From contig RHPI01000818.1 in NCBI GenBank assembly GCA_009103225.1, forward strand, positions 62,001 through 126,000: a DNA stretch of 64,000 nucleotides, in the 5' to 3' direction. Below, piece after piece: positions 26,457 through 40,707 of this stretch. Each line of letters begins with the position of its first letter. Positions within the stretch are counted from its first letter, which is position 1. This DNA is from Chlorokybus atmophyticus. Taxonomy: Eukaryota; Plantae; Mesostigma and Chlorokybus algae. Below the pieces are notes generated by a model. That model had not been told where the DNA came from, ran no database searches, and was given only the letters and a program-made list of their open reading frames with translations. A program made the translations under genes and the position numbers.

Positions 26457-28220
26457 CTATAGTAACTGCGCATGCAAAGAAGCCTGTCTCCTGTCCTCCA
26501 AAAACTCAGCTGTCTCTTCACGAGTCACCCACGCGTACTCCGACAGATGCGGCAACAGACGCAACTTGGTTGTCCAGACGTCAAGCAGTTGTGCTCGGTA
26601 AAAGAATGTCTGTCACTCACAGACAGCTGTCAGCACAGTCTGTCCTCTGTGTCTCTCAGCAAAGTGCCTCTTTGGGCAACCCAAGGCTAACACGAACAAC
26701 ATTGTGTTGTAGGCATGCTAACCTGTTGACATGCCAGCACTTGGGCCCAACTCGACAAGGCAAACAGCATGCTGAATGCATGCACAGTGCATGCAGTGTG
26801 GCTGTTGATGGCTGAGGTGCATCAGCTTACCATGTCTTTATGTGCTTGCTCGCCGTCCTCGTGCACAAAATGCCCACAAGGAGCATTGCCAATAAAGTAC
26901 GCGTCAGCAGATGTGCCAACTGCATCTCTCAATGCACGCTCTGCTGCCTGCAAAAGTTGGCACAGCGTGTGTAAGACGGGTTGGATGTACATGGAGCCCA
27001 ACAGCATCCATTGCTAACCTGGCGCATGGTTTCAGCAGGCCTGTGCTCCGTGAAAGGGAAGTGCCACTGATTATAAGGTGGTCTCGACCCGCGCACAACT
27101 AGGTATAACCTCTCTGCTAGAGCCCGGTTCAGAGACCTAACAAACGGATACAAGCATTGGCTTTAGCCCACTATATCGACCACCAATGCTTACACTCACA
27201 GTGAGCCAACAATTGCAAGGTTTGCAAAGGGTGAGGCTGGTTGCTCACCTAGCAACTTACTTGGTGTTCTTGTTATGGTCGTCTTCTGTGACACGCGGGG
27301 CGGGCTCGTACACATCTTCCGGCCCCAAACTACATTACACGCACACCGCACAAGCAAGCATAAGTGCGCTAGTAAAGGGGTGGGAATACTTCAGCATGCC
27401 TGAGGGCAACGCAGACTATGCTACTCTACATGCTTGCGCGCACGTGGCTGTGTGCAAGTAAACCACGCTTACGCAAAGCTTGGTGGCTTGGTAAGCTCTT
27501 CCGGCAGCCGCTTGTACTTGGGGGCTTGCAACTCCGCTCTGCATTAATCACCCATGAGCAGCTGTCAATGCATGTGCCAAACAGACATCACACTGCTCTT
27601 GAGACGTTGCTTATGCATCAATTTAATGGCATTGACATTGACATGTTTCACAAAAAGCCTACACCTCACACGTCCATGTTAACTGACACACTCCACCCAA
27701 TATGCAAAAGCTCATTGGAAAAGCTGAAATACAAGACACAATGCAAGCAGAGACATGCATATGGTGCAACTCAGTAACAAGCATGCGTAAGCTGTCTATG
27801 TGCGTAGCTGCAATGGCCACCAAGCATATACACGGCTCACGGCTAAGCCCACACCTACGCAAATATTGCACACATTCAATGCTGTTGACATCAAACTCAA
27901 GGTGTGAATTGTTGCTGGTCAGTAATGCTACACTCACACCCTGCTCGTGCCTGACATGTAGGCTGCGTCCACTGCTACCACACACATCAAAGTACATGTA
28001 AAGAGCTGCAACTAAAAGGAGCACACACAATCGCTTACGCCCACTGCTTGTACTCCTCTTCCCACTGCGGCGGGTCCCTCATGACCACAGGCAGTCGCTC
28101 CAGAATGCAAGCTGCCAGCAGGCGCCCGTGCGGCTCAGCAGCAGCAACCGACTTGCTCGCCGTGCTGGCCGCAGCGGTCGCCAGCCCACGCGGCAGCCAC
28201 CCGGCAATCCGCCTCATCAT
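26457..28220 (-). CDS. MRPL46: Mitochondrial ribosomal protein mL46; multi-exon
   Basis: Presequence-like MMRRIAGWLPRGLATAA, LAACILERLPVV, APRVTEDD...RSLNRALAERLYLVV, WHFP...ETMRQAAERAL, FIGNAPCG, FFYRAQLL, YAWVTREE. Confidence 0.9.
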
Positions 28221-28867
28221 CCTGCTCTTGCTCCTGCTCCTGCTGCTCCTGCTCGTCGTGCTTCGCCGTCGTCGGCAAGGCGGCGGCGTCTTCAGCGCCG
28301 CCGCCGCCCCTGCCTCCTCGTTTGCCACCGCTTTCACATGCGAGCTTGTTTGAGTAATGGGCTAGTATGGCCAGGCTGAGGGGCGGCGGCGGTGGGGGCG
28401 GCGGCGTAAGACAAGGACGAGGAGGAGATGTAGCAAGAGGTGGAAGAGGTGGGCGGGGTGGTCCGGCGGCTGTGCAGGCAAGCAGCAGTGCGAGTATGCA
28501 CCAACAGTCATGGCTTTGTTGATTTGTCTGCTTGTTTGATCTCTGGTTTGCTGACATGCTTATTTGGCCTGCTCTGCGTGAGTCTACGTCTGTCTGTTAG
28601 CGTGCACGCTGTGTCTAGCTTCAAATTGTGTGAAGCAGCGGTGCAGCGTAGCCTGTGTCACGACAGATGGGAAGCTCGTTGCTGAATATGTTCAACGAAA
28701 GCTGCCGTTCATTCAGCTTGACTGCGAAGCACTTCACGGCTTGCCTGGGTGACACACGCTGCCCTTGATCAGTGCTTACATCAATGACCCAACTGCAAAT
28801 GTTTTTCTTCCAGGTCTTGAAACAAACACATACACCCCATTATAACACATGCACTATCTGTGTTTAG

Positions 28868-30145
28868 GGTGCTGGCAGGCAGCAGCATAGAGGCCGGTCT
28901 TCAGCCAGGCGCAATAGCAGGCCACCTCGTCGTGGAGGGTTGAGCCGAGGGGTAACCAGGCCACAAGCTGAGGGTGCAGTGGGAGGCTTTACCCAAAGGG
29001 TTGCATTGCAAGCAGCAACACCTTTACCAGCACCACCTGCATTGCTGCCGGTTCGCCGACAGCAACCTGAGAGTGACGACAGCGAGTATGAGTATGAGGA
29101 CGAGTACGTTGTGGTTGACTTGGGAGTGGAGTTAGGCGCTGCGGGACTCAGCAGCTTCAACAAGTATCAACTAGCGGTGGGTACGTTCTGTCGTGCACAC
29201 GTATGCATGCGCGCATGCGTGTGCATATGCGGGCATCTGCAATGCACCTGTGGGCTCGTGTGATGATGAATGCGCCTTCGCATGTGAGTGCATCATACGA
29301 GTGCACACCTGCGCACGTGTGTGGCCATGCGCGTGTGCGTGTATGTTGGTCACATGCGTAGTAGTAGTTATCAGTGATTATATTCGGTTGACCGAAAAGC
29401 TGCTGGAGACAGCTTGTTGTTCAACGTGCAGTTCAGTCATGACAATCAGAGCACGTACTTGGCATTTTGTGGCTGTGGCTGGTGATGACGTTATCTCAGT
29501 AAGCTGCATGTGGGACCCTGTGCAATGATGGCTGTGAACTTCCGGTCGGTTAGTGGAAATGATTTGCTGTTTGACAGCTTCGGCTGACTGACCGTGTGAC
29601 CGGAGTGCAGGGACTTGACACTTATGCTCCTACGCTAAAGCTCGATGACAAGACCACATTGGTAACGGCCATGGCAACATTGAGCATAACTTGACTCTCA
29701 CTACACCCCAGATATGCAAGACAACATCATGTCGGACGGTCTGTTTCACAGGTTGGGCAGTGGGAAGACACGCTCGGCACTGTGCTGGTCTTTGAAGATA
29801 TCAATGGTGCGAGTACTCACGCAAGCAGCCATTGCTGTTGGAACCACATGACTCCATAAGTTAAAACAAAACAGTTGCTGTCTCTCAACCATGCGCAACT
29901 AGCATTCACTTGTATGTCATGCAGAGTCCGCTGCGTCAGCAATGGCAGAGGCAACTCCTGCTGGTGCTGGTGGTGAAGGAAAGTTGCGGTACTTGTGTAA
30001 AACAGAAAAGAGGCTCAGGTTCCGCCGCATTGAGCACATGACAACCACAGCAGCCCCTGTGAACAGGTCCTCGACATCAAGTGGACTTGTTGACGGCGAA
30101 GAAAGCGCACCAACTGATATGGATGAAGCCATCAACACAGCATAG
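28868..30145 (+). CDS. TFIIIC subunit 6 (GTF3C6/Tau55)-like protein; 5' exon(s) uncertain, possibly from the ATG at 28367
   Basis: EYEYEDEYVVVDL...GLDTYAPTLKLDDKTTLVGQWEDTLGTVLVFED...KLRYLCKTEKRLRF matches the recalled TFIIIC_sub6 pattern. Exons near 28868-29177, 29621-29682, 29752-29809 and 29925-30145. Confidence 0.75.
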
Positions 30146-31490
30146 GCCGCGTGAGACGGCTCAAGTTGTCATCAAAGTCCCACCTATCAAGTTGCTCAGC
30201 CATGTCATCATGTATGAAGCGTCATCATAATTCGCGCAGTGTCTTCCAGGTGCACATGCCATCAGCATGCTTGCAACACTTGCTGGCCTAAGTTGAGCCT
30301 GTTGTTGACTCAGACCCAATCCACAGGTGGCACGGAGGACGCACCAAGTGCAAGGCTCACCAAAGGGAGACAATAGCATGACCTCAGCGCTTCAGAATCA
30401 TCTCCGCTACCATCATCAAGCGCGACCTTCAATATCCCTCCCAGAAGGGGCTCTCCAGCAGTAATGGTCGCACATAGAGAGAAGGTTGCGCCACTTAGCA
30501 TGTGGTTGTTTGACAACTCAAGGATGCCAAGGAGGCATTGTGAAGCTTGGTGTGAGGACCTTGAGGATAATGGCATGTGCTGCTTTTCAAAAGGTAGATG
30601 GTCAACTTCTATGTACCCCGGCGAAATGCAACAGCACATGCTAATGTTAACCCCTATGGCCCCCCGTCCAAACTTTACAACGCTTCTTTGACACTCTTTT
30701 CATGCGAAGCATCATCGTTTGCATGTCGAACAACATTCAATGCAAAAAGTTGTTTCCATCACATAGCACGTTTAAACATAAAACCCGGAATGCATGCATC
30801 AGTCCCGAGCCCGCAACACAAGATTAGTCCAAGGTTGATTTGCAGCGATGCGAATCAGAGTGCCAACTTTTGCCTAATTGTCCTCCTTAAGACAGACTGC
30901 AAGCTTTGGATAATCAATTCTAAGGATTAATTCTCAGGCAATTCTTTCTTGACGCTTCGAGTCGTCACTGTGGAGTAGCGATGATGATGCTGAGGGAGCC
31001 CAACCTTCTGCCACTAAGTAGGTTGCTGAGCATTAGCCAGGAGTTTGCAGGATGCGCAACTGCTGACCAGCACAATCCTCTGCCAATTATTATGCAGTCT
31101 TGCACTCGTTGGTCATTGGCCGTGCTTGGATACCACTTGGAGCTGTACAAAGTGTACGAACTGACACGCGAATGTCTGCCAGACCGCTGCGCGCTGCAAT
31201 CATGTGAGCAGCAAGCAAGGTGTGGCTTGTGGCGTTATGCAGATTCATATATCTATGTCAGGGTCGCCATGAAAGTTTGGGCTAGCTTCATCGCTGCGTC
31301 ATTGGGTTTAGCTTCATGAGCTGAGCTGCAGTGGGAAGCCTGGTGCTGCTATGCCTGTTATTCAACGTCAAATATTTGCCTGATGACAAATTGCAATATC
31401 CGAGCTGGCAATGCTGTGCGATACATGTGCTAGAGTTATGTTACAGGTGTAGTCAAACTGCGTGCAACGGCCGAATCTAAAAACCAACAT

Positions 31491-34400
31491 CTACACAGTG
31501 CCCTCCCGTTCCAGCTTCTGCACAGCCTCCCAGTTCGCCAGATACCTGTTGACAACAAGACCAATCTGTGAACAACCCTGCAGTTGTGTACAAGCTGCAT
31601 TGGGGATATAATTATTATACTCATGCGCGCATACTGCAACAGCATTGTCCCAAACTAGCAACTTACTCGTTGGCATTAAGGATGACCGTGCCGCCAAGCA
31701 CCACGCGCGCGCCAATGTTGGAGCTGTTTAGCAAGGCTATGCCTCTGGCTTCCTCAAAGGTGGTGCCTCCAACAATGAAGACAATAACATCTTGCGGCCT
31801 GTGAGTGGACGATCACACGACATACTTACATGATGCTTGCTAACAATGATAGCAATGGTGCCTTTCCTATACCTGTCTTTGTACAGGGCTGTCGGTGAGT
31901 ACTTGGCGCCAGTGAAGGGGTAGTCTGCTTCTTTTAGCCGTCCCCGCAGCAGGTTGTCCACAGTTTGTAGCAAAAGCGGCTGATGTTGGGTGTAGACATT
32001 TTCAACACCCTGACGACACACAAGGCAACACGCACATGAGCGCTCGAGGAAGAACATGCAAGGCGCCAAGCTGACACAGTGAAGGCATAGCGAGGCAGGT
32101 GTCGCTTTCCATCCTCAATGATGAACCAACATCAACCATGCCGTCCACCGCTCATACCTTGATGCCGCGTGCTAATCTCTTTGCAACACCTGTCAATGTC
32201 TTGCTGCCATACAAGTCTCCTGTCCGCCGGCTTTCACCAGCGTGCCGAAGAAGCGTGTAAACCAACTGCAAACCACCCACAACGCTGATCAGCACATGGT
32301 TCAACACCTATGGATCCAGCAGCCAAACTCTGCCAGGAATGGCCAAACAATGTCATGTCAGCTGATGCAAGGAACAGTGAGCACCTGTGCAAGGTTGGAC
32401 TTCGTGCCCACGTCCACTAGCCTGGATATCAATTGCTCCAGCTGCCGAGAGCCCTCCTTCTCATAGCGCAGCGCAAACAACATCACCAACCTGACTCGAT
32501 CTGCAGGTGACAACTTTGGGTTGTCGATCAACGCAGCCACGCCCTGCATGTCACAACGAGTCGTAAGTGTATGATACGCCAAATGCTGACTATTCTGTTG
32601 TACACAATGTGACAACTATCGTGATACATATAATAGCCGATGGTAAGCAATGGACTGCGTACCTCATAGGCTGAGGACAAGCCCGATGAGCACGCGAGCT
32701 CCTGTTCCATTTGCGATACGGCCATCAGGGCCCTGTCGTCCACAATCCGCGACATTTCTGTGATTAAAGCCACATGCTTCGACACATTTCCTGACGCTTT
32801 GCGGAACTGTGGAAAAGACTCCACAAACCGCTGCATGTCCGCTGCAACACGTGCACGCTGGTATCAGATGACTACTGTGCATCCAATACTGCTGCAACAA
32901 GCAAAAGAAGTTATACCCAGACAACGCACCTATTGTTTGGATGCTTTGATTGGATTTGGCTTTGGATTGAAACTCATCTACCATCTTCTTGACATTGGCG
33001 CCAAGGTCTCCATAGTTTTCAAACATGTTCTCCTTGAAGAACTGATCTTGAGAAGCCGATAGCACAACCTCCTGCCAGAGTTAACATACGCACAAGCTTA
33101 TCAATGTAAAGGCAGCTCATGTCCAGTGAAGGTAAGCTGATGCTGTGATGACAAGGACTCCCCACCTGGCTGTCTTTGTGCACCTTCGGCAAATGCCTCA
33201 AGTCCACGCGATTGTTCTGAATGGTCAGCAGCTCATGCACCATGGCCTGTGCACACAGTTGCATGTAAGCAGTTGTTGATGGTACTACAACTGACATACC
33301 ATCGCTTCAACTCAACACCAGTGGCACCTGGTAGGTCCACTGCATGAGAAGGGGTGTGACAGGATCATCGTTGCGGTCGATAATCAACAGAATAGGCGGG
33401 TTGTTGGTCTTCCAAAAACTGAACAAGGCGCTTTCTTGTTCGAACGCTACACGCTGCAACAACATCATGTTTAGGAAAATGTGAGCGCATTGCCATGCAT
33501 AATTAGTCACTGCCACACGCTTGTGCAATGAGCACCTGCACTTCTGTCGCAAGGCGCCTTGCATTTTCTGAGCTGCGCTGGTATCGGATGATAGGTTGCT
33601 TCTTCAAAGACAGGAGCACAGACAAGATGCCTTCCAGCATGCGGTCCATAGCCGGTTGAAACACATGTGCATCCCACTTCACCGGAGCCATGCAGACGTG
33701 ATTGTTGGGAAGATTGAGCGTCAAGTGGTTGGAGTCCATTGCAAGGTAGTCTGCAAAGTACTCCTACACAAGCTATACCAGTTCAGCACGCACCCACCCA
33801 TATTCACCCACACATGCACACCAACTTCAGCACGCATGCATGTGCGCACCCACGCGTTTAAGTCACTGCATATTCTATCACCTGTACTTGCTTCACGAGC
33901 TCCTGTTCATCTGCTTCAGCGATAGCCAAGAGCTGAGTATCCTTCACCATGTTGGAAAAGACTGCAATGCTGGAGGGCATCAGTCATCCAACCAACAAGT
34001 GTTATGTCCAAGCCACAGCCAATAAAAGCTTAGAGGCTTACACAAGTGGAATTCGCCGTGGCGTGGAGCCTTCAGGTGCTTTTTGATTAGCCAAACATTC
34101 TCGTTGGTCGGCCGCACGAACACCACAGCCTTCAAATGCATCATGCTCTCTGTGGCTTCTGCGTCGAGCAACTGAACCAGGAAGACTTCCTTTTGCAGGA
34201 TCTCATTCTGACTGTACACTGTTGATACAATGCCCATCTGCACAAATAGGAGAGCCAAGGCTGTGAGTGGTCGCGGCTTTCAAAACACAAGGTTGCCATG
34301 AGTGTGGTTTGGCCGTACAGTGTTGCGAAGCACGTGACTTGCGCAGCATTATCAAGCTGATAAGTTAACTCAGGCCTTTTCGACGAGCCACTACAACACT

Positions 34401-34977
34401 GCAATGGAGTTGGTTGCAAAAGCATGCTACAGACTGTCGTTGCTTCAGTGCATGCCACAAGGCACTATGTTCAAACTGAGGATGCAACGGTGTTGAGTTT
34501 GGTTGCTTAATCAGCCCACAGTGCGTACTGCACGGGAAGCAGGCATTGACTGTCAATAGTAAAATATCAATGCAGCTTCTCGCAATGCCTGCTTGGAAGG
34601 TGAGGATTTTCAACAGGGCTCTCATACCAATTGCAACCCACGGACGTTACGAGAAGCTCACTTTGGCACTCAGGATGATCAGCTGAACAAAGTTGAAGCA
34701 GGAACAAAAGAGACTAACCCTAAACCTTGACGACATAGCTGCCACGGGTAGTCTACTAGTCAACTACGTCAATTACACCAAGCTGTTAGCAGGGCCTATT
34801 CGTGAAGTACAAGACCATGAAGCAATCAGTACTGCTGCTACTCCTCCTACCCCTGCCCTGTGTCTCTCTTACCGTGTCCTTGTCCAGCAGCAGGCTCTTC
34901 ATGCCCTTGATGTCCTTAAGCATCTTGGACACGTAGTCCCTGAGGGCAGACGTCACGTCCAGGTTGGCGGACGCCAT
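31491..34977 (-). CDS. VPS45: Sec1/Munc18 family vacuolar protein sorting 45; many exons
   Basis: [104 protein letters not shown]. Confidence 0.96.
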
Positions 34978-35640
34978 GGCGCCGCCCGCCGCCCGCCGCC
35001 CGCCTGAACTCCTTGCCCCCCCTCAGAGCAGCCTCCTGGCTGACGAGTCTCGGGGCCAACAACCACGCCCTCCTGCCGAACAAACCCTACGGGCTGACCT
35101 CGATATAACAATGGGGTACAGAGTTGCTTATATTGCTTTATCAATGCTTGCCGATCTGCGCTTCGCACCCTGCTAACTCATGAGACAGTAAGTAAGTGCT
35201 TTCAGCGTGCCTGTATTTAAGGTATTGATGGACAGTTGCATCATACACGTTGCAATTGTTATGGTAAGGGGCCCGAGATATCAGTATCATTGCATGATCA
35301 TGAGTGATGTCACTAATTTATGTTTCAACTATATTACAATTTTCATGAGCTCATAAGCGGGTTACATGCACAGGCATTGTGCATGTAATCCCAGGTCCAA
35401 GCTGCTGTTCTCCCCTTCCCCCAACCCCCTCCTTTCCTCACTTGCTTCTAGCTAGTGCATAGCTAGCATTGAGGGCCTCCCACCCCGTGTTATCACTGCT
35501 GCTGCTGTGTTGTATGATGCCTTTGCCACATTGCATACAATGCCATCTATTTTGCCAGTATCACGGCCCCTCAATTGTTGTGTCTTATGCATTTAGCGTT
35601 ATTAACAATTAACAATTAACAATAAAGATCTTGCACATTG

Positions 35641-35641
<1 letters not shown>

Positions 35642-35685
<44 letters not shown>
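35642..35685. repeat. (CA)n microsatellite
   Basis: Perfect CA run of about 44 bp in intergenic DNA. Confidence 0.95.
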
Positions 35686-35687
<2 letters not shown>

Positions 35688-37025
35688 TGCAATTTGGGTT
35701 TTCACTCACTGATTGCGTTTTAAGTATTGACCTAAGCACATCAACAACCTCGCTTTGTTATGATTAACATTGAACGCTGTACCCCCTCGATTTTATAGTA
35801 TACAACATGCTTGCGGTAAGGAGAATGTATTCACAAACCAATATACATTTTTACGTACTTGCTCGTCATAATTATTACACTCGATGTCAAGATTAACATG
35901 GCCAATAAAGAGCATTATTATAAAGAGGGTACAGTAAAGAGTCCACTATTTGAGGTTTGCATTTGTGCCAGTGCAATGATTGGTGCACAGCTTGTACCAG
36001 CATTGCAAACTCCAATTGCTAGCTCGATACCTTATCGTATTGATGATATGTCATTATAAAGAGGTATTGCGTTGTAATGACTATTATTACGACATTGAAG
36101 CGACATCTTGATGTATGCAGAGGCTGTATGTATAAAGCAAAAAGATGCAGCAAAGATGCAGAGAGCAAGCACAACACACAGCACAACACACAGCAGTTGT
36201 AATATGTATGGACCATAAGACCAAAAATCAATGGTCATTATCTTAAGGGTGGGTTTGCGAGTTGTTTTTTTAACACACTAACATTGGCTTCTCAAATTCA
36301 CATTACACTTGACAATCTAATCTGTATGCAACATGAAACTTGTTGCATGCACATTGCAACTCAACATACGAGCATGTCAAGCCTTGTAGCAAGTCCCATT
36401 ATCTCACAATTGCACATGCGCAACACCCCTCACCACCAATCAGCGCCCTTGGCACATTAGCGACTTTTAACCACTTGATGACCTTCATGACGAACCAACA
36501 AGACATCTGCACTCAGAAGCGCAAAGGCGCCCAAGTCTGGGATCACACGTGAATGCTGTCGTATGCGCACCAGTGTCTAGTTACACTTCTTCAAGTCTTG
36601 GCACAAACCTGCTGACCAACTACTCTTACAATGCTTCTGTCCCTAACAACCTGCTGCGAGGACCATTACCACCTGCAGCAAGCCGCAGTATGAATTGTTG
36701 TCTATCCACCCTTTAAAGGTACTGCGCCTGCTCTGTTAGATTTCATACGTACCTCATACACCCATACAATGACTGCTAAATTCAAGGGTTGAGTTATGTT
36801 ACATCGTATGTAAGCTTGCACCAGAATCGGGTGTTATTATCGGCTGACAAGCTACAAGCTATTTCTATGAACAGGTCAGAATTGTTTGCAGCAGCGCATT
36901 GTGCGAGCTGCACGTGCAAAACCCCAGCCACCTGCTGATCTGATGCAGCCTGAGCGCACACCGCCAGATGTATTGCACCGCTGTGTTGCACACAGATGCG
37001 GAGGGGATGATAACCTATGTTCTCT

Positions 37026-38995
37026 CTAGCGCCTCCCGTACGGATGGTACCTGCCATTTGCGCTACCACCTCCACCACCATAACTGCCGCCCGAGTAGGC
37101 GCCACCTCCATAGGTCCCGCCACCTCCACTGGAACCACCACCATAGCCGCCAGCACTGCCTCCTCCACCACCGTACCCTCCACCAGAGCCATACCCGCCC
37201 CCGGAACCACCTCCACTGCCGCCGCCATAGCCACCTCCTCCACCGCCGCCACCACCGGCGCCGCCACCACCACCGTAGCCGAGCTCTGCATAATCACCAG
37301 CAGCTCCCCCATACCCGCCCATGCCGCCATAGCCCGCGCCGTAGCCGGCCATGCCACCATAACCGCCACCCATGCCATAGCCAGCCATTCCATAGCCCAT
37401 CCTGCCTCCTCCATATCCGCCATACCCGGCATAGCCACCATAGGCACCATAGCCGCGGCCACCATACGCTCCAGCATAACCGCCATAGCCTCCACCATAA
37501 GCTCCACCATAACCTCCGCCATAGCCACCACCTCCACCGTAGCCTCCACCGCCTCCACCCATAGCACCACCATAGCCACCCCCTCTGGAACCTCCTCCAC
37601 CGCCACGTGGCGCGTCGTCCTTGCGTGGCTCTGCGTGCTTGACTTCACACTGCCAAGCCATTGGACACGAGCATGAACATATGTTGTGAAGTATGAGCCT
37701 CCCGTGAATGCCTGTCGGATCAGGATGCTAAGCGTTAGGCCTACCTCTTTATCGCCGACCATGTGCCTCCGGCCCTTGGCCAGCACAGCGTCTGCAGCTT
37801 GTTCTGAGTCAAAGGTGATGAAGCCAAAACCTCGAGAACGACCTGTGTTTGGATCTTGCATAATCTGAGAGTCTATGACATTGCCATACGCGGCGAAGTA
37901 GTCCTTGAAGTCCTCTGCAGCAGAGACAAGCAAACCAGATTAGAGACAGATCCCCGAGTAGTGCACTCTGCATAGCCTGTTTAGCCTGCACGACTGGACT
38001 GCACTCGAATGGAGACATAACAAGCGAACTTATCCTTGAGTAGGGCTTATCTACCATTTGTAAGATTCGGGCTCAAGCCACCAACAAAAAGCTTCTTCGT
38101 TCTGCTAGGACCCTTTGCACTGGCTGACTCCTCTCTGGGCGTAGATCTTTTTGCCTCAACCTATGTACCCAAAACAGACATAATGATCGATCTGCACAGT
38201 AATTGTAGCCTGCCGGCTGTGCTATGCGACAGCATAATCCGCGGAGGTGCTAACTGCTTCTACTTGCTGTGCTACCATTCAGATCGTACCGTGCGTCCAT
38301 CGATGACATGCTTTTCAGCAAGGACGTGATCTGCAACAGCTGCGTCAGCGAATGTCACGAAGCCGAATCCCCTTGGATGTCCTGATAGTCGATCTTTCAT
38401 GATGACCAAGTCCGTAATCTCTCCATAATTTGAGAAATGCGACCGCAGCGTTTCTGTCACAGCAAATTAGCAGTTGCTTAGTTCAAGTGAGCAAGCATAA
38501 CGCACGCGGCAAATAGGGGAATACGAGCCAACACAACTGAAGTCATGCAGCTTGAAAGCTGAGGGCAGAGCAGATCATTAACCTTCTGGACATACCTTGT
38601 GTAGTTTCCCAGCTAAGCCCGCCGATGAACAGCTTGCCCCTGGGAAAGGCACAGGGGCATTAGTATTGGAAGGTGAAACTGACATACAACCCACATTTCA
38701 TGCCACATGTGCAGCTGCAGGAACACCGAGTCGGCAGTCAACAGGACGGTTTGTCCACGAACAGCACTTACAATTGAGAACAGGTTTACAACGAATGCAA
38801 TGCCACATGCAGATACCGTCACCCAACACCCTAGCAAGAGCCTCAGGGTTTGGGGGAGGGATGCTGCGGGTGTTCTTACCTGGTGTTCTCCTGCGGATGG
38901 TCCGAGGGCGACCCCATCTGCAAGTTGCCTCCGTTCATATCCCTGTGCCCCTCGTCGTCATACCTACGGTCACTGTCATCGTAACTGTTGTCCAT
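37026..38995 (-). CDS. Two-RRM, glycine-rich RNA-binding protein (hnRNP A/B, Musashi-like)
   Basis: KLFIGGLSWET, RGFGFVTF, KKLFVGGL, RSRGFGFITF, long GGY-rich tail, and C-terminal RYHPYGRR (PY-NLS-like). Confidence 0.93.
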
Positions 38996-39246
38996 GACGG
39001 CGCCGCCGACGCAGCCAGCAAACACCCCTAACACCCCTGACACAAACCAGCCGGACAGCGCTCCTTACAACAAACCCACGGAAACCCACGGCAAACCACC
39101 ACCGCCCAGGTTGATCTCTTCTACGCCTTCCCACCCCTCACCCAATGACCAGCAAAGGCCCCCGCAACCCCGCAGCCGTCTCCGCCCCCGGCACCACCGC
39201 TGCCACCGCCGCCAACGCCACGTATACCGTTGACTCTGCCTGCAAC

Positions 39247-39261
39247 TTAGGGTTAGGGTTT
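39247..39261. promoter_or_regulatory. Telo-box-like motif in the hnRNP/PnsB4 divergent leader
   Basis: TTAGGGTTAGGGTTT contains the reverse complement of AAACCCTAA. Confidence 0.45.
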
Positions 39262-39452
39262 CATGTCTATAGAATGCATTGGCCATAGCTTTGGCAAGCA
39301 GCGAACTTTTTGTACTCAAGCAAAAGTTCTTGTGGCAGCGGCGGCGGCGAGGAGCAGGACGTCGCCGCCCGAGACGACGACGACGGTGATTGACTAAGGG
39401 TGGGTCCGTCTGACAGGAGCAGTCGGAAAGGCTGCGTCTATTTGCCGGCGCG

Positions 39453-40707
39453 ATGGCGGCAACGGCGGCGAGCTTGGCATTGGTGAGGAAGGGCAGGGTT
39501 GCCTGCTTGCTTGCTTATCTTTCTTGCATTCGTACTTGCTGCTGCTGCTGCTTTCGCTCAATAGTACGACTGGGATGTGGGTTAGCTTGCATTATTCATC
39601 AACGACGCCGTTTCACGTTTTCCCGTTGGTTAACTTTTGCACTAATCTGCTAGGTTCCCACGTGCATGATGATGGACAGCACAAGCTGCGCCATTTCTCG
39701 TGCTAGCTGAAGAGTAACTTTTCTCTGATTTGCTTTGAGTCAGCATTATGTTTGCCTGGCAAGGACACTCGCACCTGACAAGGGAGCCTTGCTGCGGATG
39801 AATGGGCGTATTGATGAAGTGTGTCACACAAGTGTAGTGGGACAACACCTTGCACACAGATAACTCTGCTACACTTACAACCATTGCTCACTGCATTACT
39901 TTGTTTGCAGGGTGTTAGCAGTACACTGTGCAGACCCGCCGGCCGCCGCGCAAGTCCTCAGCTCGCATCACGCTTGCCACTCAGGGGCTTCAGCCATGCT
40001 TCCGGTGTCCAGGTACTTTTGTACTTGTCAACTGGAACCTTTGCATCTTACTGCAACGCTGTGCAATGCGACAGTGGCATGGCTTCATGAATGAACCCTG
40101 TGTTGTCATCAGTTGGCCAGCCAGAGGCGCCGGCAGACACGGATGTCGCTGATGGGCCCGCTGCTGTCAATTGTGAGCGGAGAGGTCAACCCGCGAGAGC
40201 TGGTGGAATCGGTCACAATCTCCAACTGGGACCTGAGCGAGGAGTCAATAAAGTCCTTTTGTGAGTGCGAGCTGTTGTATCTGCTTCGGTTGTGCTCGAT
40301 GGTGACGAGCATTCTCTGCACATGCTTAACCCAACATCTCAACCTGCTGCAGATATGGTGTTTGCGGCCATGTTTTCATGGGGATGCCTCGTGTTTGCCT
40401 CTACGACGGTACGCACTACAGATGCGTGAAAATTGCATTGTGAATAACACTTGTCATGCAAACGCAGTGGCTGAAACATTTTCTGTGCAGGACCCTTTTT
40501 ATGACAACCCAGAGTCTGGGTATGAGCGAGATGGTGGTGACGGCACTCAGTACTGGTTTTACGAGAAGGTATGGTGCGACTCACATGTCAGTTGTTTCGT
40601 TGACCGTGTTGGGTATTAATGTGTGGGGGCATTGGTTGCAGGCTGACGAAGCTGAGGAGAATGAGCGAAAGGAGCTGTTGGACAAGATTACAAATTCTCA
40701 GGATTAG
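39453..40707 (+). CDS. PnsB4: Photosynthetic NDH subcomplex B subunit 4 (NDF6)-like, plastid-targeted; about 6 exons
   Basis: Spliced product ...NWDLSEESIKSF-YMVFAAMFSWGCLVFASTT-DPFYDNPESGYERDGGDGTQYWFYEK-ADEAEENERKELL matches recalled NDF6 motifs (WHLSDKAIKNVY...WGCLYFGS.KDPFYDSEEYRGDGGDGTGYWVYE). Confidence 0.88.

Noticed and set aside
31138-31164. WSCTKCTN, resembling a RanBP2 zinc-finger start
   Set aside because: An immediate stop follows, and the downstream Cys spacing does not fit.
36794-37933. Long Ala/Val/Met-rich and His/Thr-rich ORFs (379, 219 and 198 aa)
   Set aside because: They are alternative-frame and antisense shadows of the Gly-rich hnRNP tail.
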